Assembly: GCF_009914755.1 (NCBI RefSeq)
Contig: NC_060934.1
Strand: one strand, 5' to 3'
DNA from: the human T2T-CHM13v2.0 reference genome, Homo sapiens
DNA length: 64,000 nt
The notes below the pieces were generated by a model. It did not search any database. It was not told the DNA's origin and worked only from the letters and a program-made list of their open reading frames with translations. Made by a program: the position numbers and the translations under genes. Positions 16,037 through 29,852 of this stretch are shown here, one piece after another (position 1 is the first letter of the stretch; every line of letters begins with the position of its first letter).

Positions 16037-18244
16037 AGTAAGTTTTTAAAAGTAAGGAATGGATTTGATTTTTTCAATCGTGTTTATTTCATCTTAAATA
16101 TGTGCATTGAAACAAGTTTTTGAGGATTAGAAAATCCAAGATGGATTTTCATCCATAGAACAGCCCAGGGTGGGAACTCTTTTGGATGCTGAGAATATAC
16201 TCGCCCCAAAGGGAAGTGGCTCTGAGCCACGAGCACACACCTGGCGTTAATTCCACTCACCGACCCCTTGGTTCCCTGCTGCAGAGAGATGATTTAAGGT
16301 TCCTGGAAGGTCACAGAGGTCTGTTCTTTTGCACCCTATCAGCAGACAGCTTGCCTCCTTAAACTATTCGAATAAGTAGATGATGATGGAAACAGGGAAA
16401 GGGGTATATGTTTATCTGAAAGTCATTGGTGTCCCTACTCAAAGTCTTAGTGGCATCAAAGCAGACCTGTGTTTCCTAGAATATCACTCAAAATTGCCAA
16501 ATCAACCTTTAACAAAATGCCAAAGTTTGTTCCTCTAGATACAGAATGTTGTAGGGTCTCCCTTAGTCAATTAACATTGTTTTATCTGTCAGTTATCACT
16601 GATTCTGAGTTGATGAGCACATTCTTGCAGTCTCATTTCTGCTTATCATCGCATACTCTTGTTGAATTATTCTGAACTCACACGCATTTTGAAAGGCAAG
16701 ACACATTGATTTCCTCATTATGTCAGGAAATGGCGAGTTAAGCAAATTTCTAAACCCTTTCAAACACCAAGGTCTGTTCAGAAGTGATAAGACAAGACAC
16801 TGCGTGGAAGGTGGTGAGTTTTTGTATAGAAACAGTCCTCAGCGGAAGCATTTTTGTCCTGGAAATGTGTCCTCTCTCCATAACATAGTAGGAGGGACTG
16901 GATGAGGAGACAATTTAAGGGCTAATTTGCTTCTAACATTTCTTAGCATTTTCACACTGTGAAAGATGTGGGGAGAGGGCTTCCTGCTTCATTGTTTTAC
17001 AATTGTTTTCTCCGCACAATTTTTCTAACCTCCTTATAAAGATTACTGCAATACGAAACAAATTAGGCCCATTAACCATAGATGCATGATGACAAAAGCA
17101 AAAGTCACATCAGGATTTTTAATCCACTATTAAATATATAAGGTGCTGAAAATGTAAAAACTAGTCATTGCTTAAAACCTGAAGAATAGGAGATTGCCAA
17201 GGAAGAAAAGATGATAGTTTGACTCGAAAGGTTTCCACAGGCCACTGCCAGACATTAAATCACACAAGGGCACTTTACCGAACAGGAATGACAGAAGTTG
17301 GTAAGAAAAAAAATAAGGAGAATAATAACAGTATCTTGGAAAAGTATAAATTAAAAGGGCAGCCACCGGCTATCTGAAAGGTCAGAGGAATAAAAGAGGG
17401 TCTTCTGAGAATCACTGGTTTCAGAGCGGTAAGTGGAATTCTCCACAGCACAGGAAGTGGAAGGATTTTCATTCACGTTTGAAGGTTCTTTTGACATTTT
17501 CATTAACTGCAAAAAACACAAATAACCTAATCTATACTGATTTGATTAATAAGTAGGAGAACACAGTACATTAAATGTTCATTTAGATGTTACAATTAAG
17601 CAGTACACAAAACATTGATTTTATTGCATCCTGGTGCTTTAAAAAAAATTCTGTAAGTTTGTAAATGAGCAGGGACCATGGTCACTCACTTATATTTCTC
17701 CTGAGTCAGAAAATAGTGAAAACACCGATAAAGGAAGGCAGTGAGTTCCTAAAGAATTTTACAAGGTTTTAATTCAATTTAACTTAATAACTCTGACTTA
17801 ATGATAGAGTCAATATTCTCCTACCTAAATACGAGAGCTTGGACTCGATGACTTCACAGTAGTGTTTGTTCTGTTGTTTCAACCTAAGCCTGTGATACCA
17901 GGTCCAGGACCATCATTTCGCCCTCTATTTTCTAATTAATGTAGTGCAACAATCAAGAAGTACAGGAAAGATAAACAACCTGAGAAATTCCACTCACTGT
18001 CATTGGTACTGAAATCCACATTGCAAGGGTAGAGAGAGATTTGTGCAAGGTGCAGGGATGAGTAGCAATGGCAGCATTATACTTGTTTATGGGAAGGACG
18101 GGGGGCAATGGAAAAGCAAGCCAATAAATCTAACATGTATTCAAGCATCTGGCTAAGGACCAGTCCAGGGCAAAAGAAAGAGAGATGGGCAGAGCACGTG
18201 ACACTCGCATAGTCTCTTCACACATCTTATCAGATTGTGACTCA

Positions 18245-18378
18245 ATTGCTGTAGTAATCCCTCATCCACAGTTGACGAAAAAGATGAACAGAGGGTTAAA
18301 CGCATTAACCAAGCTTGCATAGTCAGTAACCTTACAGCTAAGACTCAAACCCAGGTTTTCTGACTCTGAATTCAAAAA
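18245..18378 (-). mobile_element. MIR relic
   Basis: CAGAGGGTTAAA..CCAAG..GCATAG..AGTAA..GACTCAAACCCAGGTTTTCTGACTC. Confidence 0.6.
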
Positions 18379-19294
18379 CTCACAGACCAATGCCAGGGGC
18401 AACCAGATCTACATGTGATTTTAATGGGTTATTTTTAGGACATCATAAGGAATTCGGTAAGAAATTTTATTCTGAGATTTGGAAAATCAAGCCCTACCAC
18501 AGTTTAAACACAATGGTCACAATTTAAATATATTTTAAAATTCATGTGTTCCAGTTTAGGGCTTTGTTTTCAATCATTTTTTCTTAATTTTTGATTTAAA
18601 ACAACCTGTCTAAAGTTAATGGAACTCCTTATTCTGTGCCTTAAATAAGATGGGAGTTCCCTGAGAAAAGAAATGGAAGTTCTTAGCCCGGCAGCTCCGT
18701 TCAATACCGTGGAAGTCACGTGGATTCCAACACCCGCGGTCTTTCCCTTGGCTTTCAGGTGTATTTCTCCTCTAAGGATAGATTAGAACAAAAGTCATAG
18801 GAAAGGAAATTTAAATTTTTCTGCAGACTGAGCTAAGCCAAAAAGATGTGTGACATGCTCTTGTACATTTTTCCCTTCTCTAAGGTAACTTGTAAAGGAC
18901 CCTATTTTGTCAGATCACCTATATGTATTTCAACATTCCGTGATATATTGCCTTGTCCTTCTTCATAAGCTTATAGGAATCCTTGAAAGTGGAATGCGTG
19001 ATGTCCATCAGTGACTTCAGGGTTTGTGGAGCAAACGCTATGGTAGCACCGGGAAGAACAGTGGGTGAGAGGTGACCCCAAAGTTCAGGAATATTGCTTC
19101 TGACCCCACTTCCTCAGCTAGCACGTCTGGTGTGTCACAGCAGAGTCCAGCAAAGGTAACCAACAACAAAGGGAAAACTAGACACAGTTGCCTGGAATAA
19201 ATACGAAATGTAAGAACAAACAAAATCTGTAGCTGCTTGTCTGTTTAACAGTATAAGCCAATGAGGGATCGTAAACTCAGGGAACCACCTCCAG

Positions 19295-19710
19295 TGCACA
19301 CACGTTCAGACGCACACAGGCTTACACACACACACACAAACACACAGGCTCAGACACACATTTGCTCAAACACACACACGCTCAAACACACACTCAAACA
19401 CACACATGCTCAAACACACACAATAAACACACAGGCTCAGACACACACCTGCACAAACACACACACACTCAAACACACACCTGCTCAAACACACGCACAC
19501 TCAAACACACAGGCTCAAACACACGCCCAAATATACATACCCACCCAAGCTCAAACACACTCACACACTAAAACACACAGGCTCCCACACACACACACAA
19601 ACACACAGTAAAATACACAGGCTCAAACACAAACACTCTCTCACACACACTAAAACACACAGGCTCAAACACACACACACTCTCTCTCAAACGTATACAC
19701 CCTCAAACGC
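19295..19710. repeat. CA-rich degenerate minisatellite
   Basis: Recurrent ACACACAGGCTCAA / CTCAAACACAC motifs. Confidence 0.9.
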
Positions 19711-19964
19711 ACTGGAGCTACGTTATTTGAGCAAGCATTTTAGGCCCCAGACCATGATTTAAGTATAAATTCAGTGCCTTCTTTTCTGCATTATGCTCAT
19801 TTCAACGTAATATAATCTTTACTTATTTCAAATACAAAAAAAATCACTCTTCTCTGGAACTAAAGGAAACACAAAGTACAATCGCCCCACTCTTCATGTA
19901 ACGCTGTGAAAGAATCCTGCTCATCAGAACGAATTCTAACGGGTCGCTGAATGTGAAGCTCACG

Positions 19965-20652
19965 TCACCAACAAAGCGCGGTTTCCTCCCTCGCCATCCT
20001 TCCTCGTGATCGCGCACCCAGCTCACCTCACCAGCAAAGCGCGGTTTCCTCCCTGGCAATACTTCCTCGGGATCGTGCACCCGTTTCACCTCACCAACAA
20101 AGCGCGGTTTCCTCGCTCGCCATCCTTCCTCATGGTCGCGCACCTGGCTCACCTCAAGAACAAAGCGCGGTTTCCTCCCTCGCCCTTCTTCCTCGGGATC
20201 GTGCACGCGGTTCACCTCACCAACAAAGCGCGGTTTCCTCCCTCGCGATCCTTCCTCGTGATCGCGCACCCGTTTCACCTCAACAACAAAGCGCGGTTTC
20301 CTCCCTCGCCATCCTTCCTCGTGATCGCGCACCCGTTTCACCTCAACAACAAAGCGCGGTTTCCTCCCTCGCCATCCTTCCTCGTGGTCGCGCACCCGGC
20401 TCACCTCAAGAACAAAGCGCGGTTTCCTCCCTCGCCATCCTTCCTCGTGATCGCGCACCCGTTTCACCTCAACAACAAAGCGCGGTTTCCTCCCTCGCCA
20501 TCCTTCCTCGTGATCGCGCACCCGTTTCACCTCAACAACAAAGCGCGGTTTCCTCCCTCGCCATCCTTCCTCGTGGTCGCGCACCCGGCTCACCTCAAGA
20601 ACAAAGCGCGGTTTCCTCCCTCGCCATCCTTCCTCATGGTCGTGCACCCGGT
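19965..20652. repeat. 63-bp CpG-rich VNTR, about 11 copies
   Basis: Unit CACCTCAACAACAAAGCGCGGTTTCCTCCCTCGCCATCCTTCCTCGTGATCGCGCACCCGTTT; 21-aa periodicity on both strands. Confidence 0.97.
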
Positions 20653-22256
20653 TGGATTTCACAGTCATGGAAGTTCTGCTTTAAAATCCGTTTCTGAAGA
20701 AGTGTTAATGGTATTGTATCTCACCATATCTTTTTTCTTCTTTATATGACACTGGTTTTTAAATTATAACTCCTGGTGTATAATGAGATAAATTCACCAA
20801 AGCCTGGTTCGTGCCCCACAATGCCTTCGTCACTTGGGCAACTGAGCCTTCTGTTAAGCAGGGAGCTCGCAAGCCAGCTCTTTCCGTGTTGCCTGTGTTA
20901 CGTCCTGAGAAAGGCTTATATACGTGTGGTCCTTAATCAGTGGTGAAGTAATAATGAAAAAGAAGTGCCCATTACGAAGCACCTTCTATGTGGTATGACA
21001 TAGTATTTCACCACCCTCAATTGGCCAATGTTTCTGAAAAATAAAAAATATTATATGTATTTTACTAATAAGGAATCTAAGAATCTGCGACTAGAAATCA
21101 AGTGTCCTGGTTGGACCCTTTCCACGTTGTGCAAAGGGTTTTGGTGAGGGCTGAATGCTTCGTGGGCTCTTTCTGCTTAACCATACCCTATGTATTAAAA
21201 GAAAAACAGTGGTCTTGCCTCAGAATGGTAATTTTCAAATATTTTCAGTAATTGAAACTTTTGCTTTTTATTAATGTAAACAGAATGAAATTTTTTTAAA
21301 TGAGTATATATTTTGGAAAGGATCCTTACTCAGAGACCCTGCTTCAATAATTTTAGAGAAACTTGGGTTTTCAATGCCAAAAAGAAGAAAAAGAAAGACA
21401 AGCTTAAGAATACTGTCAGACTAATGCATTTGCCTGATGTGTGTGTATGTATAAACACGCGCATATATAATTTGCCTAACTACCAACAAAATCTTTAGAG
21501 GTGAAGATAGAATGATGGGTTTCAAAATTTCATGATACCTAAAATGCCTTCCTAATTTTTTGTTTTTTATTAGTTTTTTTTTCAACTACAAAAGATCTCA
21601 ATCATGATAAACTGCTTGCTAGACCTGGTTTTCTGTCGTTGTCACCTATAAGCAAGACACATAAAACCCTGTTAAAAAAGCATTGGAAAACAAATATCTA
21701 AATAAACAATAGGTAAATGCTATCTGAAGGTCTGTATGTCAGTGGTTATATGAAGGTGATTAGAATCACTTCATTAAAATATTTTTATACATTTGGGAAA
21801 ACAAATAAAAACCAAATATGCCTGGGAAAATGTTTCTTGATGCATGCCGCAAAATATTTATTTGCCCAGAATATTTATATGGATGATCTGAGAAATAAAT
21901 ATGGGTTACTTATTTCTCGGTGACTATGTCAGGGATAAGAAAAGATTAGATTACTAAGTAAAAAAAAAAAAAAAAAACTTTTCCTAGTGAAAATGTCAGA
22001 GCTTATAAGATAAGAATAAAGCAATTCTTTATTTTAGGCAAAATACGTATTTCAGTTGAAAATAACACAATAGCTATCATACAAGGGATGGGAAAACACA
22101 TTTTGGTAGTGTGCATTAAACCAATTCCTTAGAGGAATGGTAGCTCAGGCATTCACTGCTAAGGGATATAGAAAATAATCTATAACTCCACTGCAAGCAC
22201 AGAAAAGGGCTCGTTATTCATTTTCAGCATGAGGATTGCAAAACACTAGGCAAGAT

Positions 22257-22645
22257 TCCCTGGGGGCAGGTTGGCAGACACTCTGAACAGGACACAGCCT
22301 GGGGACAGGTTGGCAGACCCTCTGACCAGGACACACCCTGGGGACAGGTTGGCAGACCCTCTGACCAGGACACACCCTGGGGACAGGTTGGCAGACCCTC
22401 TGAACAGGACACACCTTGGCGATAGGTTGGCAGACCCTCTGAACAGGACACAGGCAGACCCTCTGAAAAGTAGACCTCTGAACAGGACACACCCTGGAAA
22501 CAGGTTGGCAGACCCTCTGAACAGCACGCAGATGGACCCTTAAACAGTAGACCCTCTGAACAGTACACAAGTGGACCCTCTGAACAGTACACAGGTGGAC
22601 CCTCTGAAAAGTAGACCCTCTGAACACTGAACAGTACACAGGTGA
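22257..22645. repeat. 39-bp minisatellite decaying into shorter units
   Basis: GGGGACAGGTTGGCAGACCCTCTGACCAGGACACACCCT about 5 times, then about 24-bp GACCCTCTGAACAG-core units. Confidence 0.93.
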
Positions 22646-25190
22646 GACATGGACATTAGCGCTCTGCCCTCAAGCACCACCTGTCTGGGAAGCACATCCC
22701 TCGCACATATCCAAGAAGAGGACGCCGCTGAGGCTGCAGGGTTCTGCCTGCAAAAGGTTTGAGCAAAATAATTATGCAAATGGTTTATTGGTATATTCCG
22801 TGGCTGTGTGCTCCCCGTGTGGTTCAAAGTAAAGCTTTCACTTTGGTGTTAAAGATCCCATATGCCAGAATAGATCAGATTCTCCGTATATTTAACCCAG
22901 CAGGTCATTAAGCTGGAGATCCTGATTTGTCAGCAGTCATTCCTCTATCCAGGGCCTCTCGGGCACCTGCTTATCAGTTTGCTATTGATCTGAACGGAAA
23001 GTAATTTAAGCAAAGAATTGTCTTCACCTCTGAAATAGGGCAAAGCTGAGAAGAAATAGAAATACAATCACATTTAGGAATGCGGCAAATCCAGTTCTCT
23101 TATTTCCCTTCCAACTCCTGTTAGAGCATTAACATCCTGTGAAGAGCAAGAAATAGAAGCTAGATTAGCTAAATTATTTCCTATTTTTGCAGAAAAGGAG
23201 CTTGAAAAAAATATTCTTAAAGACGCCCTGATGAATTTTTATTATCATTCTCCCTCTCTGTCTTTGCTGATAATCATTCTCTTCTGAATAGTTACACTGA
23301 AAACTTTTGCAATAAAATTCAAATTAGTTATATAATTAGAGTCAATTATGTTAAAGGGGGAAGAGGGACTTCAATTTGCAGCTTTTAATTCTAGAGTTCT
23401 CCAAATAGTAATTGACACAGAATACAAACAATTCCAATCACGGAAATTAGAATGAGTACCCTCACCTGTCCCTGACGTGAACAGAAATTGGCAGGAGCAG
23501 CACACACAGAATAGTAAAAGACTGTCCTCGATTGTAAATGGACAAGGTCCCGCAGAAGACTGAAATCTTGGGCCCAGCCCCACTTTTCCTATAACACATT
23601 CCAGGCTGCTTCAAGGCACAGAAATAAACCATGACGCTAGAATGCTGCCTTCATAAGGCTTTTCCACAGTCTCCTCATAGTGCACATTTTTATTGAACTC
23701 ACGGTGCATAGAACTCATGCCAGCTGTCTGTCCATTTCTCTCCATATGTGGTTTGGATTGACCTTATTCTTGGTTCCATATTGCCATTTAAAAATATGCT
23801 GTTACTGAATTTCTCAGAAATCAATCTGGTTACCCCAACTTGCTGTCGTGCTATTAAGGCGTTCTCACCTTAGCCTTGCTTGGATATTGAGCACTATGCT
23901 TTGAAAACTAATAGGTCGATCATAATTTTAATTTAATTTAATTTTATTATTATAGGTGTTATAAGGTGTGGACATTTTGTTCTGAATTTCATATCATTTC
24001 TAAATTTGTTTTCTGGCTTTTCATCTCTTGACCTGAGTACAGCCTCCTTGAGAAAAGGTTCAGGTTGCACTGCAGAACCAGGGGCCTGGTGGAGCAGATA
24101 ATACAACTGGTTGACCTACTTTGTCATGGCATTCTGAACACCATCTCAAAGACCAGTGGTACTAAAATCTTAGTTACCTTGACATAGCCGATGAGTTAAG
24201 AATGCAATGATTTTAAGGTGCTTTAAAAAAAATAGGCTGACAAAACCAGTTCAATCAGTGAAATAGGTAAGGCTCATTTTTGTTCCATAATTTAGTTTCT
24301 CTCCTTCTTTTTTAAAAAGAAAACTAGGTCAGCAAAATTGTGGAAGTGTTGTGTAATAATCACCACAAATCACTTAGAGTTCTGGTTCAAGGGGTTTTAA
24401 CCTGGTAATAAATTATCCTTCTGAGATGAGACTCAGAGTTAATTATGTCCATTACTCTAATTTTATTTCATATCTAGAGGGGAACTAAGGAGAAGAGATC
24501 ACAAATAACTCACTACCAAAAGCAGCTACATTTTCCCTTTATTATACTAAAAATATTCTAAATGGACCACATCATCCCCAACAGTGGGCCTTTCATTTTA
24601 TGCTAAACAAAGAACCAAAAAATTGACTGATAGGAGAGCTGAGAAGTAATTTTTCTATTTGTGACATCCATGAAAACCACACCGTGTCATCATTGCTCCT
24701 CCCAGGCCATTAAGTAAGAATCTGTCCTTCCCAGCCAGGCATTTTATACTAAACCTGGGATGGTGGGCTCCCTATCCAATGACTTGGGCTGTAACACAGG
24801 GAAAGCCTAATTATTAATCAATCCAAATTCTCCCTGAAGTTGTAGGTAGCTCACCAAATCATAATCAAGTAAGCCTGATCAGAAATTCAGACAAAAAATA
24901 CCTATATCCTTTACAGAAAAATCAACCTAAATATCTATGCTGTCTCTACAATGAAATGGAGTTTCTGAGCAATTACTCTATGAACCTCAAGTATTTCAGT
25001 CATTAAGAAGATATGAGTATAAGTCTGTACTTACTTGTGATGGAAATGTAACTTGACTATTTTAGAATAATTTCTAAGCACTCTGCCTTAAAAACAGATG
25101 GCTTCTTAGATAGAATTTCTCATGGCTCAACAAGAATGCTTGAAGTTGTTATATAGTTCCTTAGCATTTAGGGTAATAAATGTACATGCT

Positions 25191-25576
<386 letters not shown>

Positions 25577-26516
25577 CTATGGGACATGTTACTTTTTTCA
25601 AAGATGTTAACATTTATGTCTGCCAAACTTAATCCCTCTTTTTCTGTATTCTTATTTCTTGAAAGATTAGACCAAATCTTCTCTTATGTGCTGTGATCAA
25701 CTAAAAAAGAAGCCTGTAATGCCTTCATATGAAATTTGAAGATATATGTATATGAAGCATACAGGTCATTCTTACTCCAGCTAAGCTCTCCCACAAGAAC
25801 TCTGTTTTTGAGGGGCACAAACATCAGATAATCTGAGCCGTGGGCCCCCAGCTCCCTTGAGCATATCTAGATATGGGTCATTCTAGTGGGAAGGTTTGCC
25901 GAATTATCCTGACTGGGTATGTTTTACACAAAGTAGCTCTGAAATTTTTCTCTAATCACTGCCCTCCAAATTGTTAAGTAAATCTCTCTTTTGTGCCTGG
26001 TAGCATGCCCTGTGATACCACCTTACCCAAGTGGCAGTACTTCCTGTGAATTGGTCAGTAAAAAGGAGCCTGGATGTTTCCACACTGATGGTTGCCAAGC
26101 CAGGGAGTGAGATGCCAGGTCCCCTTGCCTTGGGCCTAGCTGTAGTGTGAGCAGCTAGGACAGGGCCCCCTCCTCCATCATCCCTCTGAAGGGGAGGAAA
26201 GCCTCTCACTCTTATTTTGGATGCTCCCGGGGACATCTCAGGCTTTCTCCCTCCTCTGCTACTGTCTTCTTCCCTAGAGCTTGATTCTGTGTTTGCCGAG
26301 GGAGATACATTGATTGTGGGACCTCCAGTTCGTTTGACTCTTTATGCTTAAGGGCATAGGTGGCACCAGATTTTGTCTTTACAATGCTGTGTGTTTCATC
26401 CTCAATTTTGAAAGCAAACTGACAATTCCAGGGCACTAAGAAAAGACCCACCCATGCAGAACATCATTGAAAGCAAGACTAGCAAGTCTGTTTATGTCTT
26501 ACAAAGCGCCCAACTT

Positions 26517-26691
26517 GAGATTGCAGAACAGGGTTACCTCAGCAAATAAAAGAATAAAAGAATAAACAATTATATTAGCGGAGATTGCAGAATAGGGTTA
26601 CCTCAGCAAATAAAAGAATAAGCAATCATATTAGCAGAGATTGCAGAACAGTATTACCTCAGCAAATAAAAGAATAAGTAATTATATTAGC
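26517..26691. repeat. 56-bp tandem triplication
   Basis: GAGATTGCAGAA.AG..TTACCTCAGCAAATAAAAGAATAA starts at 26517, 26581 and 26637; first copy has an extra 8-bp internal duplication. Confidence 0.93.
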
Positions 26692-26959
26692 TTAGCTAAT
26701 ATAATTATGGCTGAAGTTTGCTTTAACAATATAATGTTATATATAATGTTATATGTAATGTTATATATGTTGTGTTTATATATAATATATATTAGCTAAT
26801 AATTTGGGTACTTGCAAATTTGTTATAAACTAATTTGTTATATATAATAAATTAGCTTATAACAAATACATATAGTTATATATATTATATATATTAGCTT
26901 ACAACAAATTTGCAAATATACAGATAATAAAATATATTATTATTTATATATAAAATTTG

Positions 26960-27400
26960 CAATCATCCAGAGTTGCTTAAACAATTAGGTAAAAGATAGA
27001 TGGAAACTCTGTAATAGATGGGTCAGACTGACAACACTTTAAACCACTGATCGTTAGTTGATTACAATGAAAAGTAGAACAACTGGAAATTTTTTTCAGA
27101 GCATAAGTAAAAAATAAACTTCATAGAAGAAAGATATTTAAGAAACATGCTAACCAAATGAAAATTGTTTTGATATAGAATATTAAAAAATTATTTACTT
27201 TAAGTGTGAGGATAGTATTGTAGTTATGCTTATTTTAAAAAGCACTAATCTATTAGAAATACTAAATAATTATGGAAGAAATGATATGATGGCTGAAGTT
27301 TGCTTTAACATATTTAAATAAATAAAAAACAATGAACGTGTTATAAAAGAAGAAACAAGATTTGTGAATATTGATAATTACTGAAGTTAGATAATGGGAA
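26960..27400 (+). mobile_element. Old L1M (MD/ME-like) 3' relic
   Basis: GACTGACAACACTTTAAACCACTGATC, GTGTGAGGATAGTATTGTAGTTATG, TTGATAATTACTGAAGTTAGATAATGGG. Confidence 0.5.
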
Positions 27401-28204
27401 CATTACATTTTCTTTTAATTCTGCCATTTTTCTAGAGATCTCCACATGTCACTTGTTTTGTTTGCTTTTTCGGTCACTGTGGACCCCACTGATAACTCTT
27501 AGGCTTGACTCTGGCATTGTCTTTATTATCTAAACATGTTTCCAGTATTTTCATACTGTGCTCTTATGCGAAGCTGCCAAATCAGAGGTTAGCAGGTCGC
27601 GGTCTTGGCCTCTGGCAATCTTAGCAGGGTTTCCAATGGGTTTGTTGTGTGGAAAGTACCAAGGATCATCCTTGGTCCCGTAAATCATTAGCCACTACTG
27701 AATTCCCACTAGAAAGCACAGAGCCACATAACACTTCTTTTGGACACCCATCAGGACAATACTTGGGTCTCATTCGGAGGCTTCGTCCTGTGTGCTGGCT
27801 CAGATGAAAAGGGAGAGTGGAGTGAATCTTGGACTGATGATTGTAATCCACCCCGTAAGCAGCCACTGCAGAGTCTCCAGGGAAAGAAAGGCTGTGTCTC
27901 TGCGTCAGAGGTTTGGGCTACATCTGCTGACTCAGAGGGTCCAGGGGAATCCGGGAGATTGAGGGTATCATCCATCCCTTATGTCAGGGTTCTATTCATT
28001 CCCTATGAGATAGAAGACTCACAGCAGTACAGCTGTCAATGGAGCTTCCTTATATAGCCACAGCTCCTATAACCATATCTTGAGCCTTATTTTCAGCAGT
28101 CTTCCCTCAGCTGTAGGAGAGAATTGTTTAATTGCTGTTTGGAGACCTTCTGGCACTTATAAAATATGCTGAGCCAACCTCAGGAATGATGACTCACTGA
28201 CCCA

Positions 28205-28628
28205 TAGTGAACTTGGAAACTGCTGTACAGAATACCACAGATGCACAACTTAAACTCAAAAGCATATTTCTCAGTCCTGGAAGCTAGAACTCCAGGACCC
28301 AGGCGTCATCAGAGTTGGTTCCTGGTGAGGTCTTGCTGTCTGGCTTACAGGGGGCCACATACTCACTGTGTCATCTTCACTCACACACACCTGGCTGTAC
28401 CTGTTTCTTCTCTGTGTGTACAAAGAGACAGGGAGAGAGAGAGAGAGAGAGAGAGATCCAATGCCTCTTCTTATAAGGGCACCAGTTCTATAGGCCGAGC
28501 GAGGGCCCCACCCTTATATCTCATTGAGCCTTCATCACCTCCTTAAAGGCCTCATCTCCAAATACAGCCACATTGGGAGTTAGGGCTTCAACATATAAAT
28601 TTGGTGGGACAGAATTTACCCCATATCA
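28205..28628 (-). mobile_element. MLT1A-type MaLR LTR
   Basis: TCTTCTTATAAGGGCACCAGT, CATCTCCAAATACAGCCACATTGGGAGTTAGGGCTTCAACATATAAATTT. Confidence 0.85.
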
Positions 28629-28854
28629 GACGGGATATAAGCAGACTGAACGTTAGAAAGATTTTTACTTGAAGGAAAATAATAAGGGGAAAATAGATCT
28701 AGAAGATTGGAAAATCAGTAAGGGAGCTATTAAGAGATTCCACATACGATGTACTGGAACCATGGTCTGAACACTGATTAGAGTTATGTAAAAACATTCT
28801 GAAGAGATATTTAACATGAATTAGTGAGTGATTTCGTGTGCAGAGTTGGGAGAA

Positions 28855-29004
28855 AGCTGAGCTATATGAGATGACCGCGAACCCTTCCATGAGGCCCTTG
28901 GTGTGCCAGGGTGAGCGATACAGAACAGCTGAGCCATACGAGATGACCACAGACTCTTCCATCAGGCCCTCGGTGTACCACGGTGAGCAGTAAGGAGCAG
29001 CTGA
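28855..29004. repeat. 72-bp diverged tandem duplication
   Basis: AGCTGAGC.ATA.GAGATGACC..CTTCCAT.AGGCCCT.GGTGT.CCA.GGTGAGC occurs twice. Confidence 0.85.
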
Positions 29005-29852
29005 AGGAGGACATATGAAAGAGAAAAGAGGTGTAGTTCTGGGCATGTGTAAGTAAAAACGGAAACAGAGGCGTGTACTTAAAAAGTGAAGGTCCAACTA
29101 TGCAGAGAGGTCCTTGCGGGGAACTGGAGAAGCAGAAGAAAGGGAAGGAAAATCCAACATCTCAGGGTGGAGGAAAGGTTGCGGCTGACAAGCACGCAAG
29201 TGAAGGCCACCAGCAACCGTTCAAACCACTTCCCCTCACGTGGGAGACACGACAGTGGTTCTGTAACCGGGAGCTGGGATTTGGAAGAGGAGGTACAGTT
29301 CTTCTGTAACTTTATCCATTGTGATCTGCTGTCTCCTGAAAACTGGCTGACAGTGCACAGAACCAGGGCTTACCCTGCAAACGCCCGTATTCGATGCTAG
29401 AATGTTTGAGTGCAAGCCTATCTCTGTAGAAGTGAGCACTATGCTGTGATAAAATGTGTGTACCTGGGGTTTTGGAGAAAAAAAAAAGGCAGAATACACC
29501 CATCGCTATTCAAAGGCAGCAAAGAAATTGTGACACCTTAAAACAGATACACACAAAAAATCCATTTTGTTTCTCTAATGGATCTAACGAGAGTGATGGT
29601 AGCAACAGCCAGGTAAGGTGAATGGAGATTTAAACATAAGCTCATTTTAATCTGCATACTTAATGTTTCAATCAAAATGTCCCATAATTAAACTTTTAAA
29701 TAGTTCATATTCTGCAAGAAAAGCTAAGAAAAGGGGAGCTGGAACCCTGTAATATTCAATGAAATAATCTCTGAGGAAATTCATCTAAAAACTCACACTG
29801 ATAGAGATGCTACATTAGTTTTGAGATGCCTGTGGAATAGCCAGAGGAGATA

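Noticed and set aside
19844-20749. 274-aa and 247-aa ORFs on opposite strands
   Set aside because: Products of a stop-free 63-bp unit divisible by three; weak start context and no recognisable domain.
23461-23595. Possible minus-strand exon with CAG/GTGAGG donor
   Set aside because: Weak acceptor and no supporting frame or partner exons; needs transcript data.
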